64,000 nucleotides of DNA from Anaerolineales bacterium. GTDB lineage: Bacteria > Chloroflexota > Anaerolineae > Anaerolineales > RBG-16-64-43. The DNA is taken from NCBI GenBank assembly GCA_016932475.1, contig JAFGCU010000020.1, forward strand, positions 101 through 64,100. The letters are read 5' to 3'. Position numbers and translations under genes: made by a program. Below are positions 48,952-57,355 of this stretch, piece by piece. The notes beneath the pieces are model-generated. The model saw only the letters and a list, made by a program, of their open reading frames with translations, ran no database searches and had not been told where the DNA came from. Every line of letters starts with the position of its first letter. Positions within the stretch are counted from its first letter, which is position 1.

Positions 48952-51461
48952 CCAACCCCTCCCGGCGGGAAGCGGCGCTCCTCGGGCTGGCGCTTCTCTT
49001 CCAAGCCTTCGGCGCGGCGGCGCTGCTGCTCTCGTCTTCGGTCCGGGGCGGGGCATGGACGGTTAACCCGCCGTACTTGTCGGCCATCCCTGCCTTGTGT
49101 GTCTGGGGTCTGGTCGCGTGGATCCTTCACCGCGGGCTCGACCGCGCCCTTCCCAACCGCGATCCGTTGCTGCTGCCGGCGGCCATGTTCCTGTGCGGAT
49201 GGGGATTGCAGATTCTGGTCCGGTTATCGCCGGAAACCGCGATGCGCCAGACCCTGTGGCTGTTTCTGTTGGGCGGATTGCTGATGGTCTTCCTGCGGTT
49301 GCCGCCCGATCTCGAATGGCTGCGCAAGTACCGCTACCTCTGGCTGGGCTCGGCGCTCCTGGCGGTGGCCGCCACGCTGTTCATCGGAGTCGGCGCGGGA
49401 GAGGATTCGCCGCGGTTATGGCTCGGGTTGGACGGCATTTTCTTCCAACCCTCGGAATTCCTGCGCTGGATCTTCCCGGTGTTCGCCGCGTTCACGCTCG
49501 CGCCGCGCCGGAGCACCGCCCGCGGCCCCGACGCCAAGGATTCGCTTCCCGTGCTGTTGTTCGGCGCGGCCGGAATCCTGCTGCATATCCTCCAGCAGGA
49601 TCTTGGCGCCGCCATGCTGCTTCTCGCCGCCTTGGTCCTGGCTCTGTATCTCGCCTATCGCAAAACGGCCATCCTTCTGCTTGGAGCCGCCGCCGCGCTC
49701 ATGATCCTGGGCGGCGGGTACGCGCTGAGCGGGACTATCCGCGACCGGATCGCGACCTGGTGGAATCCCTGGCTGGATCCGAGCAACACCTCGTATCAGG
49801 TGGTGCAGTCGCTGATCTCGGTTGCGGCCGGCGGCCTGATCGGCCGCGGACCCGGCCTGGGCGCCCCAGGGCTTGTGCCGGTGGCTTATTCGGATTTTAT
49901 TTTTTCCGCGGTCTGCGAGGAATACGGAGTGCTGGGCGCCGTCGGCTGCCTGACCATCATGGCCGTGCTGGTATTGCGCGGACTGCGGATTGCGATACGC
50001 TCCGCGGATCCCGCCGCCCGCCTGATCGCCGCAAACCTCAGCGCTCTGCTGGGCTGCCAATCGATCCTGATCATCGGAGGCGGATTGCGCCTGCTGCCGC
50101 TGACCGGTGTCACCCTGCCCTGGATGAGTTACGGCGGCTCCTCGCTGCTGGGAAGCATGATCATGCTTGGCTTCCTGCTGATGCTTTCGGACAAGGCTCC
50201 GGCCGCGGCGGCGGAAGCCCGGCCGGACCGGCCGGTCCGGGTCCTTTCGGCCCTCTTCCTGCTTGCCTTCGCCGCGGCGGGTGTGAGCGCGGGTTGGTGG
50301 GGCATATACCGGTCGCCCGTGCTGCGGGTCCGCACCGATAATTACCGGCGAGTCCTGCACGACCTCCGCGCGCGGCGCGGAGACCTGTTCGACCGCACCG
50401 GTCTGCCGCTGGCCGTCACCGCCGGCACGGCGGGCGCCTACACGCGCGAGTATCCCGATCCCGCGTCCGCGCCGGTGATCGGGTACACCACAGCCTTCTA
50501 CGGACAGGGCGGAATGGAAGCCGCGCTGGATCCGTGGCTGCGCGGAGAAGCCGGCCGGGATTTGTTCGACCAATGGTGGTCGGAAACTGTCCTTGGCATC
50601 CCCCTGGAAGGCAAGGATGCCTGGCTGACGATCGACCGCTCCATCCAGGAGCGCGGCAGCGCCGGGATGAAGGATCTCTCCGGCGCGGTCGTGGCGCTGC
50701 GGGCCGGGAGCGGGGAAATCCTCGCGCTCATCTCCCAACCGACGTTTGATCCGGCGACGCTGCAAACGGATTACGAATTGCTGTCCCGCAATCCCGCGGC
50801 TCCGCTCCTCAACCGGGCCACCCAGGGATTGTATGGACCGGGGCGGATGTTATATCCGTTCTTCGCCGCGGAAGCGATCGACCGGAACCTGCCGGATGCG
50901 GGTGCCGATCTCTGCGCGGCGCCGTACACGGAATGGATTTTGGAGAATCCGGAATTCGCTCAACAGGTCCTTACCCGGTTCCGGTTCGATCAGGATCCGG
51001 CGATGGACCTGCCGACGGCGAACGTCGCGGAGCTTGTGTTTCCCGCCGGCGAGGCATCCATCCGGCGCGAATGGGACGGGCAGGGACGCGTTCTGGTCAG
51101 CCCGATGCAACTGGCGCTCGCCTTTTCGTCGATCGCCGCCGGCGGCATGGCGCCCGCCCCGCGGCTGGTGTACCGCCTGGAGACGGAAGCCGGCTGGGTA
51201 ACACCCGCCGCGGCGAGCCATCCGGTGGCGATGATACCCGCCGTGACAGCCGCGCGCCTGCGGGAGATCCTGGCCGGCGGCGACGGGATGGCCGAGTGGA
51301 CCGGCTGCGGCTTTTACTCCGGCGGAATCTCGTGGTATGCCGGATTTGAGACTACGGGCGACGATCCGGTCGTGGTGGTGGTCGCGCTCGAAGGCGAACC
51401 CTCCGACGCCGCCGCGATCGGCCGGATGATCCTCGCGCTTGCGGCGGTAGTGGGAAAATAG
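48948..51461 (+). CDS. SEDS (RodA/FtsW)-PbpA fusion with degenerate transpeptidase domain
   Basis: QPSEF, YQVVQS, SDFIFS, PLTGVTLPWMSYGGSS; then RGDLFDR, REYP, NRATQGLYGPGRMLY, SPMQLA. Confidence 0.88.
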   Translation: MTNPSRREAALLGLALLFQAFGAAALLLSSSVRGGAWTVNPPYLSAIPALCVWGLVAWILHRGLDRALPNRDPLLLPAAMFLCGWGLQILVRLSPETAMRQTLWLFLLGGLLMVFLRLPPDLEWLRKYRYLWLGSALLAVAATLFIGVGAGEDSPRLWLGLDGIFFQPSEFLRWIFPVFAAFTLAPRRSTARGPDAKDSLPVLLFGAAGILLHILQQDLGAAMLLLAALVLALYLAYRKTAILLLGAAAALMILGGGYALSGTIRDRIATWWNPWLDPSNTSYQVVQSLISVAAGGLIGRGPGLGAPGLVPVAYSDFIFSAVCEEYGVLGAVGCLTIMAVLVLRGLRIAIRSADPAARLIAANLSALLGCQSILIIGGGLRLLPLTGVTLPWMSYGGSSLLGSMIMLGFLLMLSDKAPAAAAEARPDRPVRVLSALFLLAFAAAGVSAGWWGIYRSPVLRVRTDNYRRVLHDLRARRGDLFDRTGLPLAVTAGTAGAYTREYPDPASAPVIGYTTAFYGQGGMEAALDPWLRGEAGRDLFDQWWSETVLGIPLEGKDAWLTIDRSIQERGSAGMKDLSGAVVALRAGSGEILALISQPTFDPATLQTDYELLSRNPAAPLLNRATQGLYGPGRMLYPFFAAEAIDRNLPDAGADLCAAPYTEWILENPEFAQQVLTRFRFDQDPAMDLPTANVAELVFPAGEASIRREWDGQGRVLVSPMQLALAFSSIAAGGMAPAPRLVYRLETEAGWVTPAAASHPVAMIPAVTAARLREILAGGDGMAEWTGCGFYSGGISWYAGFETTGDDPVVVVVALEGEPSDAAAIGRMILALAAVVGK

Positions 51462-51465
51462 TTAT

Positions 51466-51821
51466 CACCGCAGAGACGCAGAGAACGCAGAGGAATTCTT
51501 TTTATTCGTCATTCCGGCGTGCTTTTAGCCGGAATCCACACCACACTCGTTTGTAACCACACCAGAAGAAACGCAACATCTGGATCCCCGATAAACACGC
51601 GGGTATGACGGGCTTTACCTCCATCGTCCTTCCCGTGCGTGCCCGGTTTGTTCGTCATTCCGGCGTGCTTTTAGCCGGAATCCAAAACACACTCGGATGC
51701 GACCACACTGTAAGAACACAAATACTGGATCCCCGATAAATTCACCCCCGCTTCGCATTCATCCCGGCTCATGAACCAGATGCGAGCCGGGATGCTTCGC
51801 GAGGGCAGGCTCGGGGATGAC
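51466..51821. repeat. GCAGAG periodic repeat followed by two tandem REP doublets (146-bp period)
   Basis: GTCATTCCGGCGTGCTTTTAGCCGGAATCCA at 51508 and 51654; B partners at 51581 and 51726 (the latter interrupted by a 65-bp insert). Confidence 0.85.
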
Positions 51822-51870
51822 GGTCACGCCCCGGCGGATTTATAATTCCCCCGAGGCAACGCTTTTCGAG

Positions 51871-52392
51871 ATGACCGAATACACCATCAGACCGGTAACG
51901 GTTGAGGATAAACCCTGGATCCGGCAGTTGATGCGCGAGCATTGGGCGGCGGAGTTTATCGTCGTGCGCGGCGGGGAATACCGTCCGGCCGAGCTTCCGG
52001 GATTCCTCGCCGAGATCGGGGCGGCCAAAGCCGGGTTAATCACCCATCGGATCGAGGGCGACTCGTGCGAGATCATGACACTGGACAGCCTCTCCCCCGG
52101 CCGCGGGATCGGCGGTGCGTTGATCGAAGCCGTCCGGAGCGCCGCCCGGATGGCTGGGTGCCGGCGGCTTTTTGTGGTGACAACCAATAACAACCTGCAT
52201 GCCCTGCGGTTCTACCAGCGCAGGGGATTCGTCCTCTCGGCTCTCCGCCCGAACGCCGTCGCGGAAAGCCGGAAGCACAAACCCATTCCGCTTCTCGACG
52301 AAAATGGAATTTCCATCCGGGATGAAATCGAATTGGAGATGATGCTGACCCCGCAGAATACGGCTCAACAGTCAACCGAGGCGCAATATTAG
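51871..52392 (+). CDS. GNAT N-acetyltransferase
   Basis: GRGIGGALI, TTNNNLHALRFYQRRGF. Confidence 0.9.
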   Translation: MTEYTIRPVTVEDKPWIRQLMREHWAAEFIVVRGGEYRPAELPGFLAEIGAAKAGLITHRIEGDSCEIMTLDSLSPGRGIGGALIEAVRSAARMAGCRRLFVVTTNNNLHALRFYQRRGFVLSALRPNAVAESRKHKPIPLLDENGISIRDEIELEMMLTPQNTAQQSTEAQY

Positions 52393-52503
52393 ATTATTAC
52401 CCGAAAAATAAAAGCGGCAACCGGGCCCGGGGCGGAGACAAACCAACCCGGCGCCTGACATAAGCCGCAGCGAAAAGCAAACAACGCAATGCCCTTGCCG
52501 GAT

Positions 52504-53022
52504 TTATTGCGGCTTGCCCTCCCCCTTGATTTCATCGTACAGCAAAAGCGTGCGCGGACCCCGGCGGTGCGCTTCCCACAGCGCGGTCGAGGCTCGGGAT
52601 AGCAGTTCAATCGAACTTATGCCTTCACCACCAGGGTGCGAGGCGACCCCGGCACAGACGGACACACGGTATTCCAGCAGCTGGCGGGTGACCTGCTTGC
52701 CCTGGAATTTATCGACCAGGCGCTCGGCCGCTTTCTTCGCCCCCTCCGCATCGGATTCGGGCATGACCACCAGGTAGTTGCCCTGATAATGCCCGGGCAT
52801 ATCCACCTCGCGCAAACTTGCATGCAGAATATCGGCCAGGAAGGATTGCGCGCTTTCCAGTACATCCGGCGAGGGGTTTTCATCGAAACGCAACCCGAGG
52901 TAAAGCACCGACAGCGGACCGGGATACCGCTTGGCGCGAAGCACTTCGCCGTCGAGCAGTGATTCCAGCATCTTCTGCGGATAAAGACCGGATTCGGCGT
53001 CAAGGCGAGATTCCTGGTCCAT
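52504..53022 (-). CDS. degenerate stand-alone GGDEF-domain protein
   Basis: DAESGLY, LREVDMPGHYQGNYLVVMP, VSVCAGVA, ALWEA. Confidence 0.8.
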   Translation of the reverse strand: MDQESRLDAESGLYPQKMLESLLDGEVLRAKRYPGPLSVLYLGLRFDENPSPDVLESAQSFLADILHASLREVDMPGHYQGNYLVVMPESDAEGAKKAAERLVDKFQGKQVTRQLLEYRVSVCAGVASHPGGEGISSIELLSRASTALWEAHRRGPRTLLLYDEIKGEGKPQ

Positions 53023-53158
53023 GGGGTCCCTTCCTATACCGTCCGGCGTGCCCGGCAACGTGTCACCGGGTTATTTAATCCGAGTTTTCCGTTTTCGGCA
53101 AACGCCATAATCCGCGTTCGCGCGGCCCCGTTCGAGGATGGTGAAAAACCAACCGATC

Positions 53159-53254
53159 GTCACGCCCGCGGGGGCTTGGCGGGCATCCAGGAATCGCTGC
53201 CGTGCATGGGGCACCGGACGAACCGTTTCCCCGGCAAGTTCGCCCGGGGATGAC
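53159..53254. repeat. REP doublet downstream of tyrS
   Basis: GTCACGCCCGC-9nt-GCGGGCATCCA ... TCCCCGG-9nt-CCGGGGATGAC. Confidence 0.8.
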
Positions 53255-53275
53255 GAGTATTACTCCGAAACGGGT

Positions 53276-54511
53276 TTACACCGCTTTCTTCAAGCGGACG
53301 AATTTCCTTTTTCCCACCTGCAGGACCGGATCGCCCGCGAGCGGCACAACGCCGTTCGGATCGTTCACCGTCTCGCCGCCCAGGCGCACCCCGCCCTGCT
53401 CGATCAGGCGCCGCGCATCGGTTTTGCTTTTGGCCAATTCCAGTTCCACCATCAGGTCGGCCAGGCGTTTGCCGTCCGAAACCTGCGCCACGGGCATGTC
53501 GTCCGGCAGTTCCGATTTTTGAAAGACCTGCCGGAACTGCTCTTCGGCCGCCGCCGCCGCATCCGTCCCGTGGTAGATCTCGACGATCTCCCGCGCCAGG
53601 CGCATCTTGCCGTCGCGCGGATGCAAAGCGCCCGATTGCAGATCGCGTTCGGTCGCGGCGATCTGATCCGGGGTGAAGCGGGTCAGGAGCCGGTAGTACA
53701 GCGCCATCGCCGTATCCGGCACGCTCATCACCTTGCCGTACATATCCCCCGGCTCGGCCATGATCGGGATGTGGTTGCCGAGGGATTTGCTCATTCGGAC
53801 GACACCGTCGGTTCCGGGGAGGATCCCGAGCAGCACGCCGATGTTCGGCCGGACGCCGTAAAATTCCATAATCTTCCGGCCCGAGGTAAGGATGTTGAAG
53901 AGCTGTTCGGTCCCGCCGACTTGCACGTCGGCGCGCAGGGCGTAGGCATCGTACCCCTGCATGATCGAGTAGAAGAACTCATGCAGGTAGATGGCTTCGC
54001 CCTTATCCCAGCGCAGCCTGAAATTTTCGCGGGTGGTGAACTGCTGCACGGTGAAGTTGGATCCCAGGCGGATCAGTTCCGCGAAGGAGAGCTTGGAAAG
54101 CCACTCGGAGTTGTGGTGCACCTCGGTCTTTTCACGGTCCAAAATCCGGAATGCCTGCTCGGCGTAGGTCCGGGCGTTGGCGTTTATCTTCTCCTCCAAA
54201 AGCTGCGGGCGCAGGGTGTTTTTATCCGACGGGTCCCCCACCCGCGCGGTGTAATCGCCGATCAGGAAGACGACCGAATGCCCGAGCTCCTGGAATTGGC
54301 GCAGCTTGCGCATGGTCACGGTGTGGCCGAGATGCAGATCCGAGGAGGTGGGATCGTACCCGGCATACACGCGCAGCGGGCGCTGTTCCTTTTCGGCCAG
54401 GATCAGGCGTTCGCGGAGTTCCGCGGCCATGGCCTGCTTCAGCGCCGGGTCCCCGTATTCGGTTCCCTGCATGAGTATGGCGAGTTGTTCGTCGATCCCG
54501 GGTTTGGACAT
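53276..54511 (-). CDS. tyrS: tyrosine--tRNA ligase
   Basis: GYDPT..DLHLGH, MQGYD, GGTEQLFN, RMSKSLGN, C-terminal S4 domain. Confidence 0.96.
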   Translation of the reverse strand: MSKPGIDEQLAILMQGTEYGDPALKQAMAAELRERLILAEKEQRPLRVYAGYDPTSSDLHLGHTVTMRKLRQFQELGHSVVFLIGDYTARVGDPSDKNTLRPQLLEEKINANARTYAEQAFRILDREKTEVHHNSEWLSKLSFAELIRLGSNFTVQQFTTRENFRLRWDKGEAIYLHEFFYSIMQGYDAYALRADVQVGGTEQLFNILTSGRKIMEFYGVRPNIGVLLGILPGTDGVVRMSKSLGNHIPIMAEPGDMYGKVMSVPDTAMALYYRLLTRFTPDQIAATERDLQSGALHPRDGKMRLAREIVEIYHGTDAAAAAEEQFRQVFQKSELPDDMPVAQVSDGKRLADLMVELELAKSKTDARRLIEQGGVRLGGETVNDPNGVVPLAGDPVLQVGKRKFVRLKKAV

Positions 54512-54563
54512 TGCCTGCTCCGAAGCGGATTGGAATGGCATGCAAATGCTTCCGTGGGGCGGG

Positions 54564-54623
54564 ATTATAGCATCAACCCCGCGATTTCCGCGGGAAAAGC
54601 CCTGAAATTCCGGATGGTATAAT
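54564..54623. promoter_or_regulatory. back-to-back extended -10 promoters for tyrS (-) and the mre operon (+)
   Basis: TGCTATAAT on minus strand at 54564-54572; TGGTATAAT on plus strand at 54615-54623. Confidence 0.6.
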
Positions 54624-54651
54624 CGGTAGCTGGTTCGTTTGGGACCCCGGT

Positions 54652-54852
54652 GGTCATCCCTAGCCGAAGGCAGCCTGTCCCGAGCGCGGCGAGGGAAGGG
54701 ATTGGGAATTCCTTTCACGAACAGCCGATTCCTCGAGGCCTGAAGGCCCCTCCCCGGCTTGGAGCACCCCCGCTCCGTGGTTAACATTGCCAAAGAACCA
54801 AAGGCTGGCAATGTCACTCCGCGGGGGCAGGCGCCGGGGCAGGCGGAACGAC
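54652..54852. repeat. nested palindromic repeats in the mreB leader
   Basis: REP-like pair, each member interrupted by GCCTG/CAGGC-ended inserts; triple nesting at 54727-54852. Confidence 0.75.
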
Positions 54853-54898
54853 TCACTGCATATGATGGTGGATTTCTTTTCTTATTCCAGGAGAGACA

Positions 54899-55963
54899 TT
54901 GGCTAATCCGGTTCAGTGGCTGCTCAACCTGATCACATTAGACATCAGCATCGACCTAGGGACAGCCAACACGCTGGTTAATGTCCACGGCAAGGGCATT
55001 GTCATCAACGAGCCCTCCTGGGTGGCGATCGACAAGAAATCCCGCCGGGTGCTGAAGGTGGGCCGCGCGGCGAAGGAAATCATCGGCCGCACACCGCCCA
55101 ATGTGGTCACCATGCGCCCCATCCGCGACGGGGTAATCTCGGAATTCGACGCGACGGCGACGATGCTGGAATATTTCATCCGCCGGGTGATCAACCAGAG
55201 CGTGGTCCCGGTGCCGCTGACGCGGGTCATCGTCGGCGTGCCGGTCGGCGCCACGAGCGTGGAACGGCGGGCGGTGATCGACGCCGCCACATCGGCCGGG
55301 GCGCGCGAGGCGCTCCTGGTGGAAGAGCCGGTCGCCTCCGCGATCGGCGCCGCGCTGCCGATCCGCGGCGTGCACAGCACGATGCTGATGGACATCGGCG
55401 GCGGCACGACCGAGATCGCGGTCTTCTCCTCGCGCCGGATCCTGCTCTCCAACTCGATCCGCGTCGCCGGAGACGAACTCGACGAGAACGTCATCACCTA
55501 CCTGCGGGACAAGTACAACCTGCTGGTGGGCCAGTCGATGGCCGAGCAGGCAAAAAAGACGGTCGGCGCCGCCGCGCCCCTGAAGGAAGAGAAGGTGATG
55601 ACCGTCCGCGGCCGCAATCTGATCTCCGGGCTGCCGGAGGAGGTCGAGATCTCCTCGATCGAGATGCGCGAGGCGCTAGCGCCCTCGCTGAAAATCATCT
55701 CCCAGGCATTGCGGGACGTGGTCGAGCAGGCGCCGCCGGAGATCATGGCCGACCTGCTGGATTCCGGGCTGTGCCTGACGGGCGGGGGCGCCCTGCTCAA
55801 CGGCCTTCCGGAAAAACTCAGCGAGGAATTCAAGATCCGGGTTTGGCGGGCCGACGATCCGCTCACGTGCGTCGTCCGCGGCGCGGCCGCCGTGCTGGCT
55901 GGAATAGACCAGCACCGTGAATTCATCGCTTCTTCCGACCGGGATTACCGCGGGAAAAGGTAA
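54899..55963 (+). CDS. mreB: rod shape-determining protein MreB
   Basis: DLGTANT, RPIRDGVI, EEPVASAIGA, DIGGGTTE, LTGGGALL; TTG start. Confidence 0.95.
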   Translation: MANPVQWLLNLITLDISIDLGTANTLVNVHGKGIVINEPSWVAIDKKSRRVLKVGRAAKEIIGRTPPNVVTMRPIRDGVISEFDATATMLEYFIRRVINQSVVPVPLTRVIVGVPVGATSVERRAVIDAATSAGAREALLVEEPVASAIGAALPIRGVHSTMLMDIGGGTTEIAVFSSRRILLSNSIRVAGDELDENVITYLRDKYNLLVGQSMAEQAKKTVGAAAPLKEEKVMTVRGRNLISGLPEEVEISSIEMREALAPSLKIISQALRDVVEQAPPEIMADLLDSGLCLTGGGALLNGLPEKLSEEFKIRVWRADDPLTCVVRGAAAVLAGIDQHREFIASSDRDYRGKR

Positions 55964-55999
55964 TCCCCATTGCCGCGTTGACTCCACCCGGTTAACCCC

Positions 56000-56842
56000 A
56001 TGTCCAACTCGAAAAGACGTCTCCTGATCGCATCCGCGCTCTTCGCGGCGGCCATCGGCCTGGTGTTGCTCGGCCAGGCGGGAATGCTGGCTCCGGTCCA
56101 GGATCTTGCGCAGCGCGCCGTCACCGGTGTTCAGCGCTCGATTTCGACCGCCTTCTTTACTCTCCGCGACTTTCTGACCGCCCCGCGCAACCTGCAGGAG
56201 CTTATTCAGACCAACAGCCAGCTGGAGGAGCGCGTCGCCCAGCTCGAAGCCGAAGTGGTGACCCTGCGCGATCAAGCCGCCGAGGTCGACCAGCTGAAGG
56301 CGCTGCTTGGCGCCGCGCGCGAGGCGCCCGAGAACCGCTACCTGGCCGCGCAGGTGATCGGCCGCGACACCAGTCCGTTCCTGCATTACCTGATCCTCGA
56401 TCAGGGATCCATTGCGGGAGTGCGCCGGGGCATGCCGGTTGTGAACGAGAAAGGGCTGGTCGGCAGGATCACCGAGGTCAGCGCCTCCGCCTCCAAGCTG
56501 CAACTCATCACCGACCCGGATTCGGTCATCAACGCGCGGATCCAGGAAAGCCGCGCCGAGGGAATCCTGGTCGGACGGGCGACGGGCGAACTGGAAATGA
56601 TCTACGTCTCCCAGGACATCAAGGTCACCGTCGGGGAAATCGTCGTCACCTCCGGCCTGGGCGGCGGTTTCCCGCCGGAGATCCTGATCGGGCGGGTGGT
56701 CAGCGTTCACCGCCGCGATTACGAGCTCTACCAGACCGCGATCATCGAACCACGCAGCGATTTCTCGCGCCTGGAAATGGTGCTCATCATCACCAATTTC
56801 GAACCGGTGCTGATCGATCCGCTGCTGGAGAGAGCCCGCTAG
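56000..56842 (+). CDS. mreC: MreC
   Basis: TM, coiled coil, GLVGRI, VTSGLGGGFP. Confidence 0.94.
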   Translation: MSNSKRRLLIASALFAAAIGLVLLGQAGMLAPVQDLAQRAVTGVQRSISTAFFTLRDFLTAPRNLQELIQTNSQLEERVAQLEAEVVTLRDQAAEVDQLKALLGAAREAPENRYLAAQVIGRDTSPFLHYLILDQGSIAGVRRGMPVVNEKGLVGRITEVSASASKLQLITDPDSVINARIQESRAEGILVGRATGELEMIYVSQDIKVTVGEIVVTSGLGGGFPPEILIGRVVSVHRRDYELYQTAIIEPRSDFSRLEMVLIITNFEPVLIDPLLERAR

Positions 56843-56851
56843 GCCGCGCCG

Positions 56852-57355
56852 ATGATCTGGGCTATCGCCGTCCCGCTCCTGGCCGTCCTCTCCCTGCTCC
56901 AAACCACGATCCTCCGCCACCTGCCCCTCCTGGACGGAAACCTCGACCTGCTGCTGCTGGCCGTCTTGTGCTGGAGCCTGTTGCGGCCGGAGGAGGGCAT
57001 GATCTGGGCGGTCCTGGCGGGATCCTTTTCCGATATCTTCACCGGCGGCCCCTTCGGGGTGACGTCGATCGCCTACCTGTTCGCGGCGTTTTGCATCAGC
57101 TTCCTGCATGGGAGGCTTCGAACCCACAACCCGATCGTGGTGATGGCGATCGCCCTGTCCGGCACGATCCTCGCCCACCTGACGGCGGTCGCGCTGCTGG
57201 TCGTATTCGGCCGGTCTCTGGAGATCGGGTATCTGCTCCTGTACGTCACGCTGCCGACCGCCTTCCTCAACACCGTGGGCGCCGTCCCGGTGTATCTGAC
57301 GCTGCGTCTGTTGCACCGGATCGGCGTTCCCGTGTTAACGGAGGATACCGAATGA
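56852..57355 (+). CDS. mreD: MreD
   Basis: Hydrophobic 167-aa protein located between mreC and mrdA. Confidence 0.88.
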   Translation: MIWAIAVPLLAVLSLLQTTILRHLPLLDGNLDLLLLAVLCWSLLRPEEGMIWAVLAGSFSDIFTGGPFGVTSIAYLFAAFCISFLHGRLRTHNPIVVMAIALSGTILAHLTAVALLVVFGRSLEIGYLLLYVTLPTAFLNTVGAVPVYLTLRLLHRIGVPVLTEDTE

